A DNA stretch of 64,000 nt, from contig BPJL01000001.1 of the NCBI GenBank assembly GCA_026004595.1, positions 26,486 to 90,485 on the forward strand, in the 5' to 3' direction. The notes beneath the pieces are model-generated. The model was not told the origin of the DNA. It saw only the letters and a program-made list of their open reading frames with translations, and searched no databases. The position numbers and the translations under genes were made by a program. Numbering within the stretch: position 1 is the first letter of the stretch; each line of letters opens with the position of its first letter. Shown in pieces: positions 49,344 through 59,115 of the stretch. The stretch comes from Patescibacteria group bacterium. Its GTDB lineage: Bacteria; Patescibacteriota; WWE3; UBA101185; UBA10185.

Positions 49344-50030
49344 TTACTTTTCACTTTCGAAGAGTCTTAAAATAGGTTTTTCATAAAAGAAAATAATAAA
49401 ATATGCATAAAGCAACCCGTATACTATATCCTCAACAGGCATTGCGTTTATTCTTATCCCCATAGTATATACATAGTTATAAGTAACAATTGGTTTGGAA
49501 GTTAAATAATAGTTGAATAAAAGAGTAAGTAGTATAGTAACTACTGCCATTAACCAAAAACTCATTGTTCTGAGCACAGAGTAATTGTTTCTAGCTTCAA
49601 GTTTAATACTTATTAAAATCAAAACAAATACGCAAAAAGAATAAAACCAGCCTTTTATTGATGAGATTATGCACATTATCGACATAGCTAAGGTACTTAT
49701 TATTATGTAATAACGATTTATTTCTACGGTTTTTTTAACTATTTGTTTGAAATTTACATGTAAGCATAAAAGTGCGTAACCTACTGCTACGAAAAATAAA
49801 AGTTCTTCGAGAGGAACCTTTCCGATATAAATGCCTATAATGTAATCTGTATTGAAAAACCAAAACTTTTGAGTTACAAGACTGTCCCACAAAACAAAAG
49901 GGCCGCCCACGAGTATTATAGATAAAATCGTATTTGTAAGTTTTGGTTTAATAGATCTTTTATATAATGCCATAGATACCGTTGGTAGCAGGATAATAAG
50001 TAGATTGAAAAGTAGGTAATCATAAACCAT
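49344..50030 (-). CDS. Fused lycopene-cyclase-domain membrane protein (CrtYcd/heterodimeric-type cyclase-like)
   Basis: Two internal repeats, each with the acidic membrane motif of lycopene cyclase domain proteins (VPLEELLFF and MPVEDIVYGLLYAYF). About 7 TM helices. It is clustered with crtI, crtB, a UbiA gene and a GGPP-synthase gene. Confidence 0.5.
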   Translation of the reverse strand: MVYDYLLFNLLIILLPTVSMALYKRSIKPKLTNTILSIILVGGPFVLWDSLVTQKFWFFNTDYIIGIYIGKVPLEELLFFVAVGYALLCLHVNFKQIVKKTVEINRYYIIISTLAMSIMCIISSIKGWFYSFCVFVLILISIKLEARNNYSVLRTMSFWLMAVVTILLTLLFNYYLTSKPIVTYNYVYTMGIRINAMPVEDIVYGLLYAYFIIFFYEKPILRLFESEK

Positions 50031-51504
50031 TTTTTGTGAGGAGGTTTGTAACTATTTTTGAGGATAACATAGTTATCGGAACGCCTATTCCCGGATTGGT
50101 ATATTGGCCAACGTAAAATAAATTTTTAACTTTCTTACTTTTATTTTTAGGTCTGAAAATTGCTGTTTGGCCTAAAGTGTGAGCTAGACCTAGTGCGGTC
50201 CCCTTGTAAGCATTGTAGTCTGAAGCGAAATTACTGTGACTGAATATTCTTTTTACGACTACATGGTTGCTGATATCTTCGCCTATTAAATTTTCTAGGT
50301 GTTTGATTATTTTTTCAGCTAAATTATTTCGGATTTCTTCGGTGTCTTGTAGACCGGGAGCAACTGGTACAAGGATCATTAAAGACTCTCCTTCTTCCGG
50401 CGCCATAGATGGGTCAGTTTTGGACGGCATGTGGATATAATAAGAAGGATTAGATGGCCATCTTGGGTTTTTGAAAATGAAATCAAAACTCTCTTTCCAT
50501 GTGTCATTAAAGTATAGATTGTGATGTTCAAGATTATTAATTTTTTTATTAACGCCGAGATAGATGATTAAAGCAGATGGAGACATTGTTCTTTTTCTCC
50601 AATAATTTTCATCGTATGTTTGAAAATCTTTTTCTAATAAATTCATCTCTGCGTATGCATAATCTGCATTCACAACAACATAATCCGCTTTGTAGTCTTT
50701 TTTAAGTGTGCTTACTATGTTGGCTGTTTTTTTATTTTTATCAATGTTTATTTTCTGTACTTCCTCAGAGGTAACAATGGACACTCCCAGATCTTGCGCA
50801 ATTTTGGATAAAGCCTCAACTATTTTGTGCATCCCACCCATGGGGTACCAAATGCCTAGATTAAAATCTGCGTAGTTTATAATCGTGTAAAAGGCTGGAG
50901 TGTTATATGGGGAGCCGCCTAAAAAAACAGTTGCAAACTCAAGAATTTTTTGCAAATCTTCATTATTAAATTGTTTTGAAATAACAGAATGAAAGCTGCC
51001 TGATAAGTTTATGTTCGGTAAAAGATTAAACAGTTTCAGAAATTTTTCAAGTTTGATGTTTTTATAATCCATTAGTATCAGATCTTTCATAGTTATCTCA
51101 TATAATAATTTAGTTCGGTTCAGATAATTTTTTAATTTTTCTCCTGCCCCTCTTTCAGTTTTTTCAAAAGTTTCTAAATTTTTCTCAAGATCGGAATATA
51201 TGGTATAGGTGCGGTTATTATCAAAGAAAACTTTATAATTCACCGGAAGTCTTACGAGATTGTATAAATCCGAAATTTTATAACCGAGGGATTTGAACAC
51301 TTCTTCAAAAACTTCGGGCATCATGTACCAAGAAGGTCCCATATCAAAAACAAATCCTTTATCTTCAAATTTTCTAGCCCGACCACCTAGTATTTCATTT
51401 TTTTCTAATAGTTCGACCTCATACCCTTCTTTAAGAAGTAAAGCAGCTGTTGAAAGGCCTCCTATACCGCCTCCTATAACAATGACCTTGGATTTTATTG
51501 ACAT
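50020..51504 (-). CDS. crtI: Phytoene desaturase family FAD-dependent oxidoreductase (CrtI-like)
   Basis: N-terminal dinucleotide fold VIVIGGGIGGLSTAALLLKEGYEVELLEKNEILGGRA. About 490 aa, the size of CrtI/CrtD-family enzymes. The 3' end overlaps the cyclase-domain gene start by 11 nt. Confidence 0.7.
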   Translation of the reverse strand: MSIKSKVIVIGGGIGGLSTAALLLKEGYEVELLEKNEILGGRARKFEDKGFVFDMGPSWYMMPEVFEEVFKSLGYKISDLYNLVRLPVNYKVFFDNNRTYTIYSDLEKNLETFEKTERGAGEKLKNYLNRTKLLYEITMKDLILMDYKNIKLEKFLKLFNLLPNINLSGSFHSVISKQFNNEDLQKILEFATVFLGGSPYNTPAFYTIINYADFNLGIWYPMGGMHKIVEALSKIAQDLGVSIVTSEEVQKINIDKNKKTANIVSTLKKDYKADYVVVNADYAYAEMNLLEKDFQTYDENYWRKRTMSPSALIIYLGVNKKINNLEHHNLYFNDTWKESFDFIFKNPRWPSNPSYYIHMPSKTDPSMAPEEGESLMILVPVAPGLQDTEEIRNNLAEKIIKHLENLIGEDISNHVVVKRIFSHSNFASDYNAYKGTALGLAHTLGQTAIFRPKNKSKKVKNLFYVGQYTNPGIGVPITMLSSKIVTNLLTKNGL

Positions 51505-51625
51505 AAATATATAATATCACCGTGTTTGTGATTAAGTATATTTAATAAGCTATGTTGTTAGATTTTTTACTCTTTTAAAGAATTTAAAGAGTAAGATATA
51601 TATTAGTTTTCGCAGTAATATTTAT

Positions 51626-52498
51626 ATGAAGGACGCACCAAATTACGAAGTTTTTAAAAAAGGTAGTAGAAATTATTTTTATTCTTCAGTTCTTTTTGAT
51701 CGCAAGACAAGAGATGCTATAACTGATATTTATGCGTTTGTACGTACGGCTGACGATTTTGTAGATGAAATACCCCAAAAGATTGCCGAATACCAAAGGT
51801 TTAAAGGAGATTTTATTAACTTTTACTATAATGGCGAACTAAAATGGTACGCTAATGCTGTTGAGGGAATGATAATAAGAAGATTTGTATATTTGGTAAA
51901 AGAAAAGGGTATAGAGATTTCATGGATAAAAGCATTCTTTGATTCAATGGATATGGATATTGAAAAGAAAGAGTATATGGATATTGATGAGATTATAAAT
52001 TATGTGTATGGGTCTGCTGAAGTTATTGGGCTTATGTTGGCAAAAATCATGGGTTTGTCTAATGATAGTTTTTATTACGCAAAAATGCTTGGGAGATCAA
52101 TGCAGTATGCCAATTTTATCCGAGACTACAACGAAGATATGTTTATAGGTCGTTTATATTTACCCAAAAAAGAAATGATTGAGATGGGTATAGTGTCGGC
52201 CCGCCCACAATCACAAGAGGAGATAAAGAATTTCATAAATTTTTTTAAAAAACAAATCCGGCGTTTTTATGAATGGCAAAAAGAGGCTGAAAAGGGTTTT
52301 ATTTATATACCTAGAAAATATTTTGTGCCAATAAAAACTGCATCAGATATGTATGTTTGGACAATAAGACAGATTGATAAAAACCCTCTTATTGTATTTG
52401 AGAAAAAAATTAAACCATCAGTTTTTAGAATCTTGGCTTATGGAATCAAGAATTTATTGTTTTCTTACTTTAAAATATTAAGTTTAAAAACAAAATAA
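51626..52498 (+). CDS. crtB: Phytoene/squalene synthase family protein (CrtB-like)
   Basis: Asp-rich motifs of trans-isoprenyl diphosphate synthase head-to-head enzymes (VRTADDFVDE ... YANFIRDYNEDMFIGRLYLP). Confidence 0.65.
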   Translation: MKDAPNYEVFKKGSRNYFYSSVLFDRKTRDAITDIYAFVRTADDFVDEIPQKIAEYQRFKGDFINFYYNGELKWYANAVEGMIIRRFVYLVKEKGIEISWIKAFFDSMDMDIEKKEYMDIDEIINYVYGSAEVIGLMLAKIMGLSNDSFYYAKMLGRSMQYANFIRDYNEDMFIGRLYLPKKEMIEMGIVSARPQSQEEIKNFINFFKKQIRRFYEWQKEAEKGFIYIPRKYFVPIKTASDMYVWTIRQIDKNPLIVFEKKIKPSVFRILAYGIKNLLFSYFKILSLKTK

Positions 52499-53291
52499 AA
52501 CCCACGACTGTATTGATAAATGGAAATTTCCAATAAGTTTTATTCAGATCAGGCAGAAATTTTACAATAATCAAAAATGTAATAAACGGGTAGACAAAAA
52601 GTATTAAAGATGAAAAACCTGTATTTAATGTAGCAATTAATGCTGATAATAACCATAAAATTAGGCATAGATATAGAGAGTATTTAAAGCTAAGAAAAAC
52701 GGCAGTTGTCTTAAGACCAGCCTTTTTGTCCGCTTCTATGTCGGGTATGGCTGAGAATAGGTGCATTGAAGATGTCCACAACCAGGCTGCTATAAACACC
52801 CAAATAGGTACCCCCTCATTTTTTATATTGTGGTAGGCGTAAAAACCAGGTAACGCATATAAAATATTTGATAGAGAGTCAATAAAAGGTTTGGCTTTGA
52901 ATCTTAGTGGCGGAGAACTATAAAAATAACTTAGTAAGTAGAAAATTAAAAGCAAAAGTTTTTGATAGATATTTCTTGCATAAAGAAAATACAAAAAGAA
53001 GATAAAAATTGTAATTAATAAATAGGGTTTTAATATTTTTCTCTCTTTTAAAAAGATTTCTTTGGTGCCTTTTTTAGTATTATGTAAATCTGTGTCTTTG
53101 TCGTAATAATCGTTAATACCATATATAAAAAAGTTAGCAGGAAATGAAAAAAACACTAATCCTAAATAAAAGCTTGGGTTTATAAATATGTCCGGCCCAC
53201 CCACAGCCCAGCCCAAAATATAAGGTCCTAATACGTAAAACCAAAATCTCGGCCTCGATATTTTTAGAATTAAACTAAGTCTTTCTTTCAT
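52470..53291 (-). CDS. UbiA-family prenyltransferase (candidate lycopene elongase/CrtEb-LyeJ-like; MenA/DGGGP-synthase-like not excluded)
   Basis: Eight or nine TM helices and the UbiA Asp-rich motif NDYYDKDTD. It is convergent with crtB. Confidence 0.6.
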   Translation of the reverse strand: MKERLSLILKISRPRFWFYVLGPYILGWAVGGPDIFINPSFYLGLVFFSFPANFFIYGINDYYDKDTDLHNTKKGTKEIFLKERKILKPYLLITIFIFFLYFLYARNIYQKLLLLIFYLLSYFYSSPPLRFKAKPFIDSLSNILYALPGFYAYHNIKNEGVPIWVFIAAWLWTSSMHLFSAIPDIEADKKAGLKTTAVFLSFKYSLYLCLILWLLSALIATLNTGFSSLILFVYPFITFLIIVKFLPDLNKTYWKFPFINTVVGFILFLNLIF

Positions 53292-53318
53292 GCTGTGGTG
53301 CTATGGTAAGATTCTACC

Positions 53319-54392
53319 ATGAATGAAAGTAATTTTAGGCACCGCGGTAAGTTAGCACGGGATTTTATTTACTCGTCGAGCCTTAGAATTAATGTTTTAC
53401 TTAATGATTTAATTGATTCAAAAATCAAAGAATTAGGCAGTATAGACAGTACCTTTGAAAAAATGCTAATTCATTTTAAAGAACTTTCGCAAGGAGGAAA
53501 AAAATTTAGAGGAGGTTTAGTTAAGTTAGGATATTTGGCGTCAGGAGGTAGTGCTACAGAAGAAATATATTACCCCGGCGCCGCGATAGAAATTTTTCAA
53601 ACAGGTATTCTGGTGCACGATGATATATCTGATAAGGCAAGTAGAAGAAGGGGAGTGCCTACGATACACGAAGTATTTGAAAGCGAGTATGATTCTTCTT
53701 ATGGTTTTGATATGGCAATGTATGCAGGTGATTTTTCATTTTATTTTTCTTATGAAGTTTTGTTAAACAGTAAATTTCCTAAAGATTTAATTATTAAAGC
53801 GTGTGATGTTTACTCAAAGTATACTCAGAGTATTGTGGCGGGACAGGTGATGGATGTGTCAGCTTCTAAGATGAAGATGGATGTGGACGATGTATTTATA
53901 AAAAAAGTTTATAAGTATAAGACATCGCAATACACAGGGGTTCTACCTTTGCTTTTAGGTTATGAACTAGCCGGTAGTTCAGATGCGGATGTAAGAGAGG
54001 CTTTAATAAAGTACGGTGAGTGTTTGGGTTTAATTTATCAGATACAAGATGATATTTTAGATATATTTGGGGATGAGATAAACACAGGAAAAATTCTAGG
54101 TAGAGATATTACGGAGGGAAAAAATACTTTACTTTCTAAATATGCGCTTACAAGCGGGGATCACGCACATGTGTCGGAGCTTAAAGAATTGTTTGGCAAA
54201 AATTTGACTGAGACGGATATATTAAAAGCAAGAGAAATTATGGTACAAACAGGTTCTTTAGAAAAGGTTAAAAAAATTGTGGATGAAAATAGGGAATTGG
54301 CTTTAAAACAGATTAATAACATTACGAGTATATCTGAAATTTCCTCAATATTAGAATCGTTAATTGATTACGTTTATTACAGGAATCTGTAA
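53319..54392 (+). CDS. Polyprenyl diphosphate synthase (GGPP synthase-like, CrtE/IdsA)
   Basis: FARM LVHDDISDKASRRRG and SARM YQIQDDILDIFGD, the hallmark motifs of trans-prenyltransferases. Confidence 0.7.
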   Translation: MNESNFRHRGKLARDFIYSSSLRINVLLNDLIDSKIKELGSIDSTFEKMLIHFKELSQGGKKFRGGLVKLGYLASGGSATEEIYYPGAAIEIFQTGILVHDDISDKASRRRGVPTIHEVFESEYDSSYGFDMAMYAGDFSFYFSYEVLLNSKFPKDLIIKACDVYSKYTQSIVAGQVMDVSASKMKMDVDDVFIKKVYKYKTSQYTGVLPLLLGYELAGSSDADVREALIKYGECLGLIYQIQDDILDIFGDEINTGKILGRDITEGKNTLLSKYALTSGDHAHVSELKELFGKNLTETDILKAREIMVQTGSLEKVKKIVDENRELALKQINNITSISEISSILESLIDYVYYRNL

Positions 54393-54441
54393 TATTCTTA
54401 CACAGAATTTTTCCATCTATTACATCTATTACAGAAGCTGT

Positions 54442-55080
54442 TTATTTAATGCCGAATAAGTTTCTAAAAAAACTCTGAATTTTAGTCATAACCATCTTTG
54501 TTACACTCAATCTCTCATTTTGTTGCAAATTGTCTACAACCGGCATATTTGTTTCAAACTTCTCAATTAACATATCGTTTTCTGTTGATTCTTGGCGGTC
54601 TGTTGTGTTTTCTATATTTTCATCTGATCCAAGTTCTGGTGATTGTGGTTGTTGTTCGGATACCATGCTAGAAGGATCAGAAGGCACTTCCACATTTTGT
54701 TTTAGTGTGGGCTTCGGTTGGGTGGGTTGTGATGTGTTGGTTGGTTGTGAAGTATCACCGTTTCTATAAACATAGACTTGCGAAGGAAGGGGATTAACTC
54801 TGCTTTTTTGCCCAATTAAATTTCCATTACCATCGTAAGTCTTTGTTGTAATATACACACCATCTATTTTATAGGTTTTTGTAACCACTACAGTGTTGCC
54901 ATCTTTAGAAAATGTCTCAGTATAAGTAGTTCCTTCAGCAATACGCTGTTGTTTTTCAGAATTTACAATGCCCGTCTGGGACTCGCTAAATACTAGGATT
55001 CCCGTAGTACCTAGAGTTAATAAACCTAGCAAGAACAAAACTGGAACATATACATATAAAGTATAGTTTGTAGGTTTCAT
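54442..55080 (-). CDS. Hypothetical secreted protein (signal peptide/N-terminal TM, T/Q/P-rich linker)
   Basis: N-terminal hydrophobic helix. A low-complexity TSQPTQPKPT linker. No catalytic motif was recognised. Confidence 0.35.
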   Translation of the reverse strand: MKPTNYTLYVYVPVLFLLGLLTLGTTGILVFSESQTGIVNSEKQQRIAEGTTYTETFSKDGNTVVVTKTYKIDGVYITTKTYDGNGNLIGQKSRVNPLPSQVYVYRNGDTSQPTNTSQPTQPKPTLKQNVEVPSDPSSMVSEQQPQSPELGSDENIENTTDRQESTENDMLIEKFETNMPVVDNLQQNERLSVTKMVMTKIQSFFRNLFGIK

Positions 55081-55248
55081 ATATACTTTTATGTTAATGC
55101 AACTTGCTCAATATGTCTACTTTTAATATTGTATAGCAATCGCTTGTGTCTTAAGCAGCATTTTTAAATATATTTAAAAAACTAAAAAAGCAAATTTTAA
55201 ATATTTTTTCTGGGTCTGTTATTGTAATGTAATGCGGGGGTGTGGTTT

Positions 55249-55797
55249 CTACAGGGAGTGTTCTTTGTCGTTTATCAGCTGCGTGTACTGTTCAATAAGG
55301 TAATCTATCTTTTCTTGCGTATAGCTAGGATTCTCAGCAAATCCTCGTACTTCGTATCCTCCATCCCCGCCCAATTTATAAACCCACACCCAAAATACCT
55401 TGTCAGGTTTATCGGGGAATAGTATGTTAACTTGTTTTCCTCCTCCGGGAAAGTTTCCAATATCTATCACAACAAACTTTCCTTTGTAATAGTCTTTAGA
55501 AAAACTACTAAGTCCTGTCTTTCTACCCATTGTGAATCCCTCTTCTACCAGACTTTCAGGAACACTTTCTGGCTCGTTTAAGTAGTTATTTAGGGTAGTT
55601 CTGATTTGTAAAACAAAAGGGTCTTTATAAGAGTCATAATAGCTTTGAAGTTCTTGGTCAACAGGTGTTTGTGAGGGCTGTTGTGGCGTTGTCTCATTTT
55701 GTTTGGTCGTCGAATTGGGCCTTGATGTTAAGAGTGTTGTTCCGATAACAAACATGGTTATCAGTATTAGGATGATTAGTATTTTCCTACGTTTCAT
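55249..55797 (-). CDS. Hypothetical N-terminally anchored secreted protein
   Basis: MKRRKILIILILITMFVIGTTLLTS anchor, a Q/T/P-rich linker, then a ~130-aa globular domain. Confidence 0.35.
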   Translation of the reverse strand: MKRRKILIILILITMFVIGTTLLTSRPNSTTKQNETTPQQPSQTPVDQELQSYYDSYKDPFVLQIRTTLNNYLNEPESVPESLVEEGFTMGRKTGLSSFSKDYYKGKFVVIDIGNFPGGGKQVNILFPDKPDKVFWVWVYKLGGDGGYEVRGFAENPSYTQEKIDYLIEQYTQLINDKEHSL

Positions 55798-56158
55798 ATA
55801 TTTTCTTTATAGAATATTAACTCGTTTTTTAAGCAAAGAAAACAAAGTTGAAAATTTAGGTAAACAAACTACTTTTGTTTCCGAGGATTGCTAAGAAGTT
55901 TTTTATGTTTTGGCTATTTATTGTTTGATATTTTGAAATCAGAGGTATAACAGTGAAGCTCTAAATTATAGTATTGTGTGAATTTTTTAAAAGTTGTTGC
56001 TAGTCCAAAATCTCGAAATAGTCGCCTCATAGTATGTACGAGCTTGTCCAGTTACATCTGGCTCGAACGATGGTATGATTTCCGAAGAATAGACTGGGTA
56101 AAAGAGCTGGAATATCCTGAGTTTACAAAAAAAGAAGTGGATAGATTTTTAAACTTTA

Positions 56159-57073
56159 TCACTTGAGTTTTTGTTGAGATAAATCCAAACTTCTAGAATC
56201 ATCAAAATCGATACTCCCAATCTGGTCTTTAAGATGATTGTAATTTCTAGCAGGATATAACATTGCTAAAAACTGCAGATCGTTGTTAATATTAGATGCC
56301 TTCTGCCTTTCATCAAAACCGCCAATAAATACAAGCTGTGTCCCTCTCTTTTTAGTCACAAACTCTTTCCTAACACAGAGAAAGAGAATTTTATTTGAGA
56401 GTTGATGATTTGGAGGAGCTTGTAACGCAAAACACTTATTAACGAAGCCTTCTTTTTTGATAAATGTGTAAACCTTAGTAAATCTGTCACTTTGGGGATG
56501 TATGGTATTGGAGTCATACCACCAGCCAGTGATTTTTATCGAATCATCAGTGCCCTGTCCCAAATCAAAATCCAAGTCTATTTCCTTTTCACTATAACCT
56601 TTAGCATTAGTTTTAACCTCAAATCCTTCTACCCCTTTTATTTGTATAGAAAATAGATGACCAATAGCTTTATCCAACGGGTCGGATGTCTTTTTTATTT
56701 TAGTATAAATCTTCTGATCCTGGGAAAAATGGACATTCCCATCCGACCAATGAGTATATTTCACTTTATGCGATGTAACTTTTCCTCCTGGAACAAGGCT
56801 TAATTTGTCTACTTTCGGTGTATTTTTAGGGAATGTCATTAATGACAGCAATCCCTTGCTATTTTTATGATATGGAAAAGAAACAAAAATAGCGGATTGT
56901 TTTTTGTCTTTTGTCTGGTGGAATACAATTTTGCAGATTTTATATAATACGCCATCTTTTTTGACAGAAATCGTAAATTTCTCTGCTTGATGAGTAAATA
57001 TTCTCCCACGATGACATCTTTTATATTTTTTTCCGCTTCCGCAAGGACACGGATCGTTTCTGCCAATTTTCAT
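56159..57073 (-). CDS. SEC-C motif ([13 protein letters not shown]) metal-binding domain protein, function unknown
   Basis: N-terminal [17 protein letters not shown] is the SecA-C-terminal-like zinc motif. The remaining ~280 aa are uncharacterised. The gene lies upstream of, and divergent from, the RM locus. Confidence 0.5.
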   Translation of the reverse strand: MKIGRNDPCPCGSGKKYKRCHRGRIFTHQAEKFTISVKKDGVLYKICKIVFHQTKDKKQSAIFVSFPYHKNSKGLLSLMTFPKNTPKVDKLSLVPGGKVTSHKVKYTHWSDGNVHFSQDQKIYTKIKKTSDPLDKAIGHLFSIQIKGVEGFEVKTNAKGYSEKEIDLDFDLGQGTDDSIKITGWWYDSNTIHPQSDRFTKVYTFIKKEGFVNKCFALQAPPNHQLSNKILFLCVRKEFVTKKRGTQLVFIGGFDERQKASNINNDLQFLAMLYPARNYNHLKDQIGSIDFDDSRSLDLSQQKLK

Positions 57074-57124
57074 CGTTTCAAGTATACCAATTTGCTGTTG
57101 GTTTTAGTATACTTTAGTTGAGGT

Positions 57125-57328
57125 ATGACCAAACCAAAAAACGAGTTACCAAAATTGTTAACTATCAGGCAGGCTGCCGAAATCTTAAATGTTCATGTTG
57201 AGACACTGAGACGCTGGGACAAAGGTGGAAAACTAAAAGCTATCATCGTAAACGAGCGGGGCGACAGGCGCTATGATCCCAAAGATATTGAGACTATACT
57301 AAAAAATAAAAATAAACATGGTAACTAA
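57125..57328 (+). CDS. MerR/excisionase-family helix-turn-helix DNA-binding protein (possible controller of the RM operon)
   Basis: LLTIRQAAEILNVHVETLRRWDKGGKLKAIIVNERGDRRYDPKDI is an Xis/MerR-type winged HTH. The stop overlaps the start of the RM A-subunit gene by 11 nt. Confidence 0.5.
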   Translation: MTKPKNELPKLLTIRQAAEILNVHVETLRRWDKGGKLKAIIVNERGDRRYDPKDIETILKNKNKHGN

Positions 57329-59114
57329 CAATAACGATAAAAATTCAATCTTTCTAAAAAACATTGAGCGAGGTAAACAGGAGGGATTGATTACTCTCAC
57401 CGACGATAACGCCCGTATTACTTACCACTGCTCCAGAGACTACTCAACCTCATTCAAAAACCCAGAAGAAACAGTGAGAGCTTCGTATTTTGTTGAGCTT
57501 GTTCTCGACTACCAATACCCCAAAAACCAAATTGATATTGAGGTAACTGTCCCCAGAAGAACACCAGAAGACCGAGCAGACATAGTTATTTACGAAGATG
57601 ACGACCTCAAAACGCCTTATCTTATTGTTGAGTGCAAAAAAGACGGGGTAACTGACGCCGAGTTTAAGCAGGCTATAGAGCAAGCCTTTGGTAACGCCAA
57701 CAGCCTAAGAGCCAAGTTTGCCATCGTGGTAGCTGGCACAACCAAAACCGCCTTTGATATTGCGGGCTTTAAGCCAAGCGAGCGAGAGAAAAATGTTATT
57801 GCCGACATACCTGTTAAATACGGCAGAACACCCAAATACAGGTTTATTAAAGGCGAAGAAGATAAAGAACTCAAAACCGTTTCCAAAGACGAGTTAATAA
57901 CCGCTCTTGGTAAAAGCCACGATACTGTTTGGCAAGGGGGCAAGCTAGCCCCTACTACCGCCTTTGATGAAGTATCCAAGCTCTTATTTTGTAAATTAAG
58001 GGACGAGAAGCTAACTAAACGAGGCGAGCCTTACAAATTCCAAATCGGCACACACGAAACAGCCGACGAAGTATTTAAGCGGGTCAACTCTATTTACCTT
58101 AAAGCCAAACAGGAAGATAGCGAGGTTTTTAAGGAAGACATTAGGCTTGACCCCAAAGTAGTTTACAGCGTCGTAGAGCATTTACAAGAGTTAGCCATCA
58201 ACAAAATTGACTTAGACACCAAAGGGATTGCCTTTGAGCGGTTTATGGAAGACTTTTTCAAGGGCAAGATGGGGCAATTCTTTACCCCCAGAGAAATCAT
58301 CAGATTTTGCGTTGAGATGATGAACCCTAAGCGAGGCGATTTAGTCCTAGACCCTGCTTGCGGTAGCGGGGGATTTTTACTTAATACCCTAGATAAGGTA
58401 AGAGATTATGCCGAGAAAAATTATGAGGGATTAGAAGCGTGGGAATACTGGCATAGCTTTGCTCAAAACAACCTTTACGGCATTGAGATAAACGACCAAA
58501 TAGCAAGAGTTTGCAAGATGAACATGATTATCCACGATGACGGACACACCAATATCATCTCAACCGACAGCTTGAGAGATTTTAGCGAGATAAACAACCT
58601 GCACCCCAAGTTTGGTAAAGACAAGTTTGATATTATCCTAACTAATCCCCCTTTTGGAGCAACGGTTAAATCAACCGAAAAAAACTATCTTGACCATTAC
58701 GAACTAGGCAAAGGCAAGAAAAACCAAAAAACAGAAATCCTGTTTATTGAGCGGTGCGTCAATTTTGTCAAACCCAAAACGGGCAGGATTGCCATAGTCT
58801 TACCCGATGGCATTTTGTCTAACTCATCTTTGCAATATGTAAGAGATTACATAATGGAAAAGTGCCAAATAGAGGCGATTGTATCTTTACCTCAGTTTGC
58901 TTTTGCGCACTTTGGGGCAGGTGTTAAATCCTCTTTGGTTTTCCTGCGACGCAAAGGCGATAACGAAAAATTAGGCAACTATCCTATCTTTATGGCTATT
59001 GCCGACCACATAGGCTATGACGCAACTGGCAGAAAAGACCCTAAGAATGACCTAGTGGAAATCAAAAAAGAATACGAAAAATTTGTTAAAAATCCAACGG
59101 GCTACAAAGGCTAA
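57318..59114 (+). CDS. Restriction-modification A subunit: N-terminal PD-(D/E)xK (HSDR_N-like) nuclease domain fused to gamma-class N6-adenine DNA methyltransferase (BcgI-A-like, Type IIB)
   Basis: The N-terminal ~190 aa have a DIVIY...IVECKK nuclease core (D..E-x-K). The C-terminal ~400 aa have HsdM-type motifs (LDPACGSGGFLL for motif I, ILTNPPFG for motif IV). No helicase/translocase (HsdR) gene is present anywhere in the locus. Confidence 0.6.
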   Translation: MVTNNNDKNSIFLKNIERGKQEGLITLTDDNARITYHCSRDYSTSFKNPEETVRASYFVELVLDYQYPKNQIDIEVTVPRRTPEDRADIVIYEDDDLKTPYLIVECKKDGVTDAEFKQAIEQAFGNANSLRAKFAIVVAGTTKTAFDIAGFKPSEREKNVIADIPVKYGRTPKYRFIKGEEDKELKTVSKDELITALGKSHDTVWQGGKLAPTTAFDEVSKLLFCKLRDEKLTKRGEPYKFQIGTHETADEVFKRVNSIYLKAKQEDSEVFKEDIRLDPKVVYSVVEHLQELAINKIDLDTKGIAFERFMEDFFKGKMGQFFTPREIIRFCVEMMNPKRGDLVLDPACGSGGFLLNTLDKVRDYAEKNYEGLEAWEYWHSFAQNNLYGIEINDQIARVCKMNMIIHDDGHTNIISTDSLRDFSEINNLHPKFGKDKFDIILTNPPFGATVKSTEKNYLDHYELGKGKKNQKTEILFIERCVNFVKPKTGRIAIVLPDGILSNSSLQYVRDYIMEKCQIEAIVSLPQFAFAHFGAGVKSSLVFLRRKGDNEKLGNYPIFMAIADHIGYDATGRKDPKNDLVEIKKEYEKFVKNPTGYKG

Positions 59115-59115
59115 T

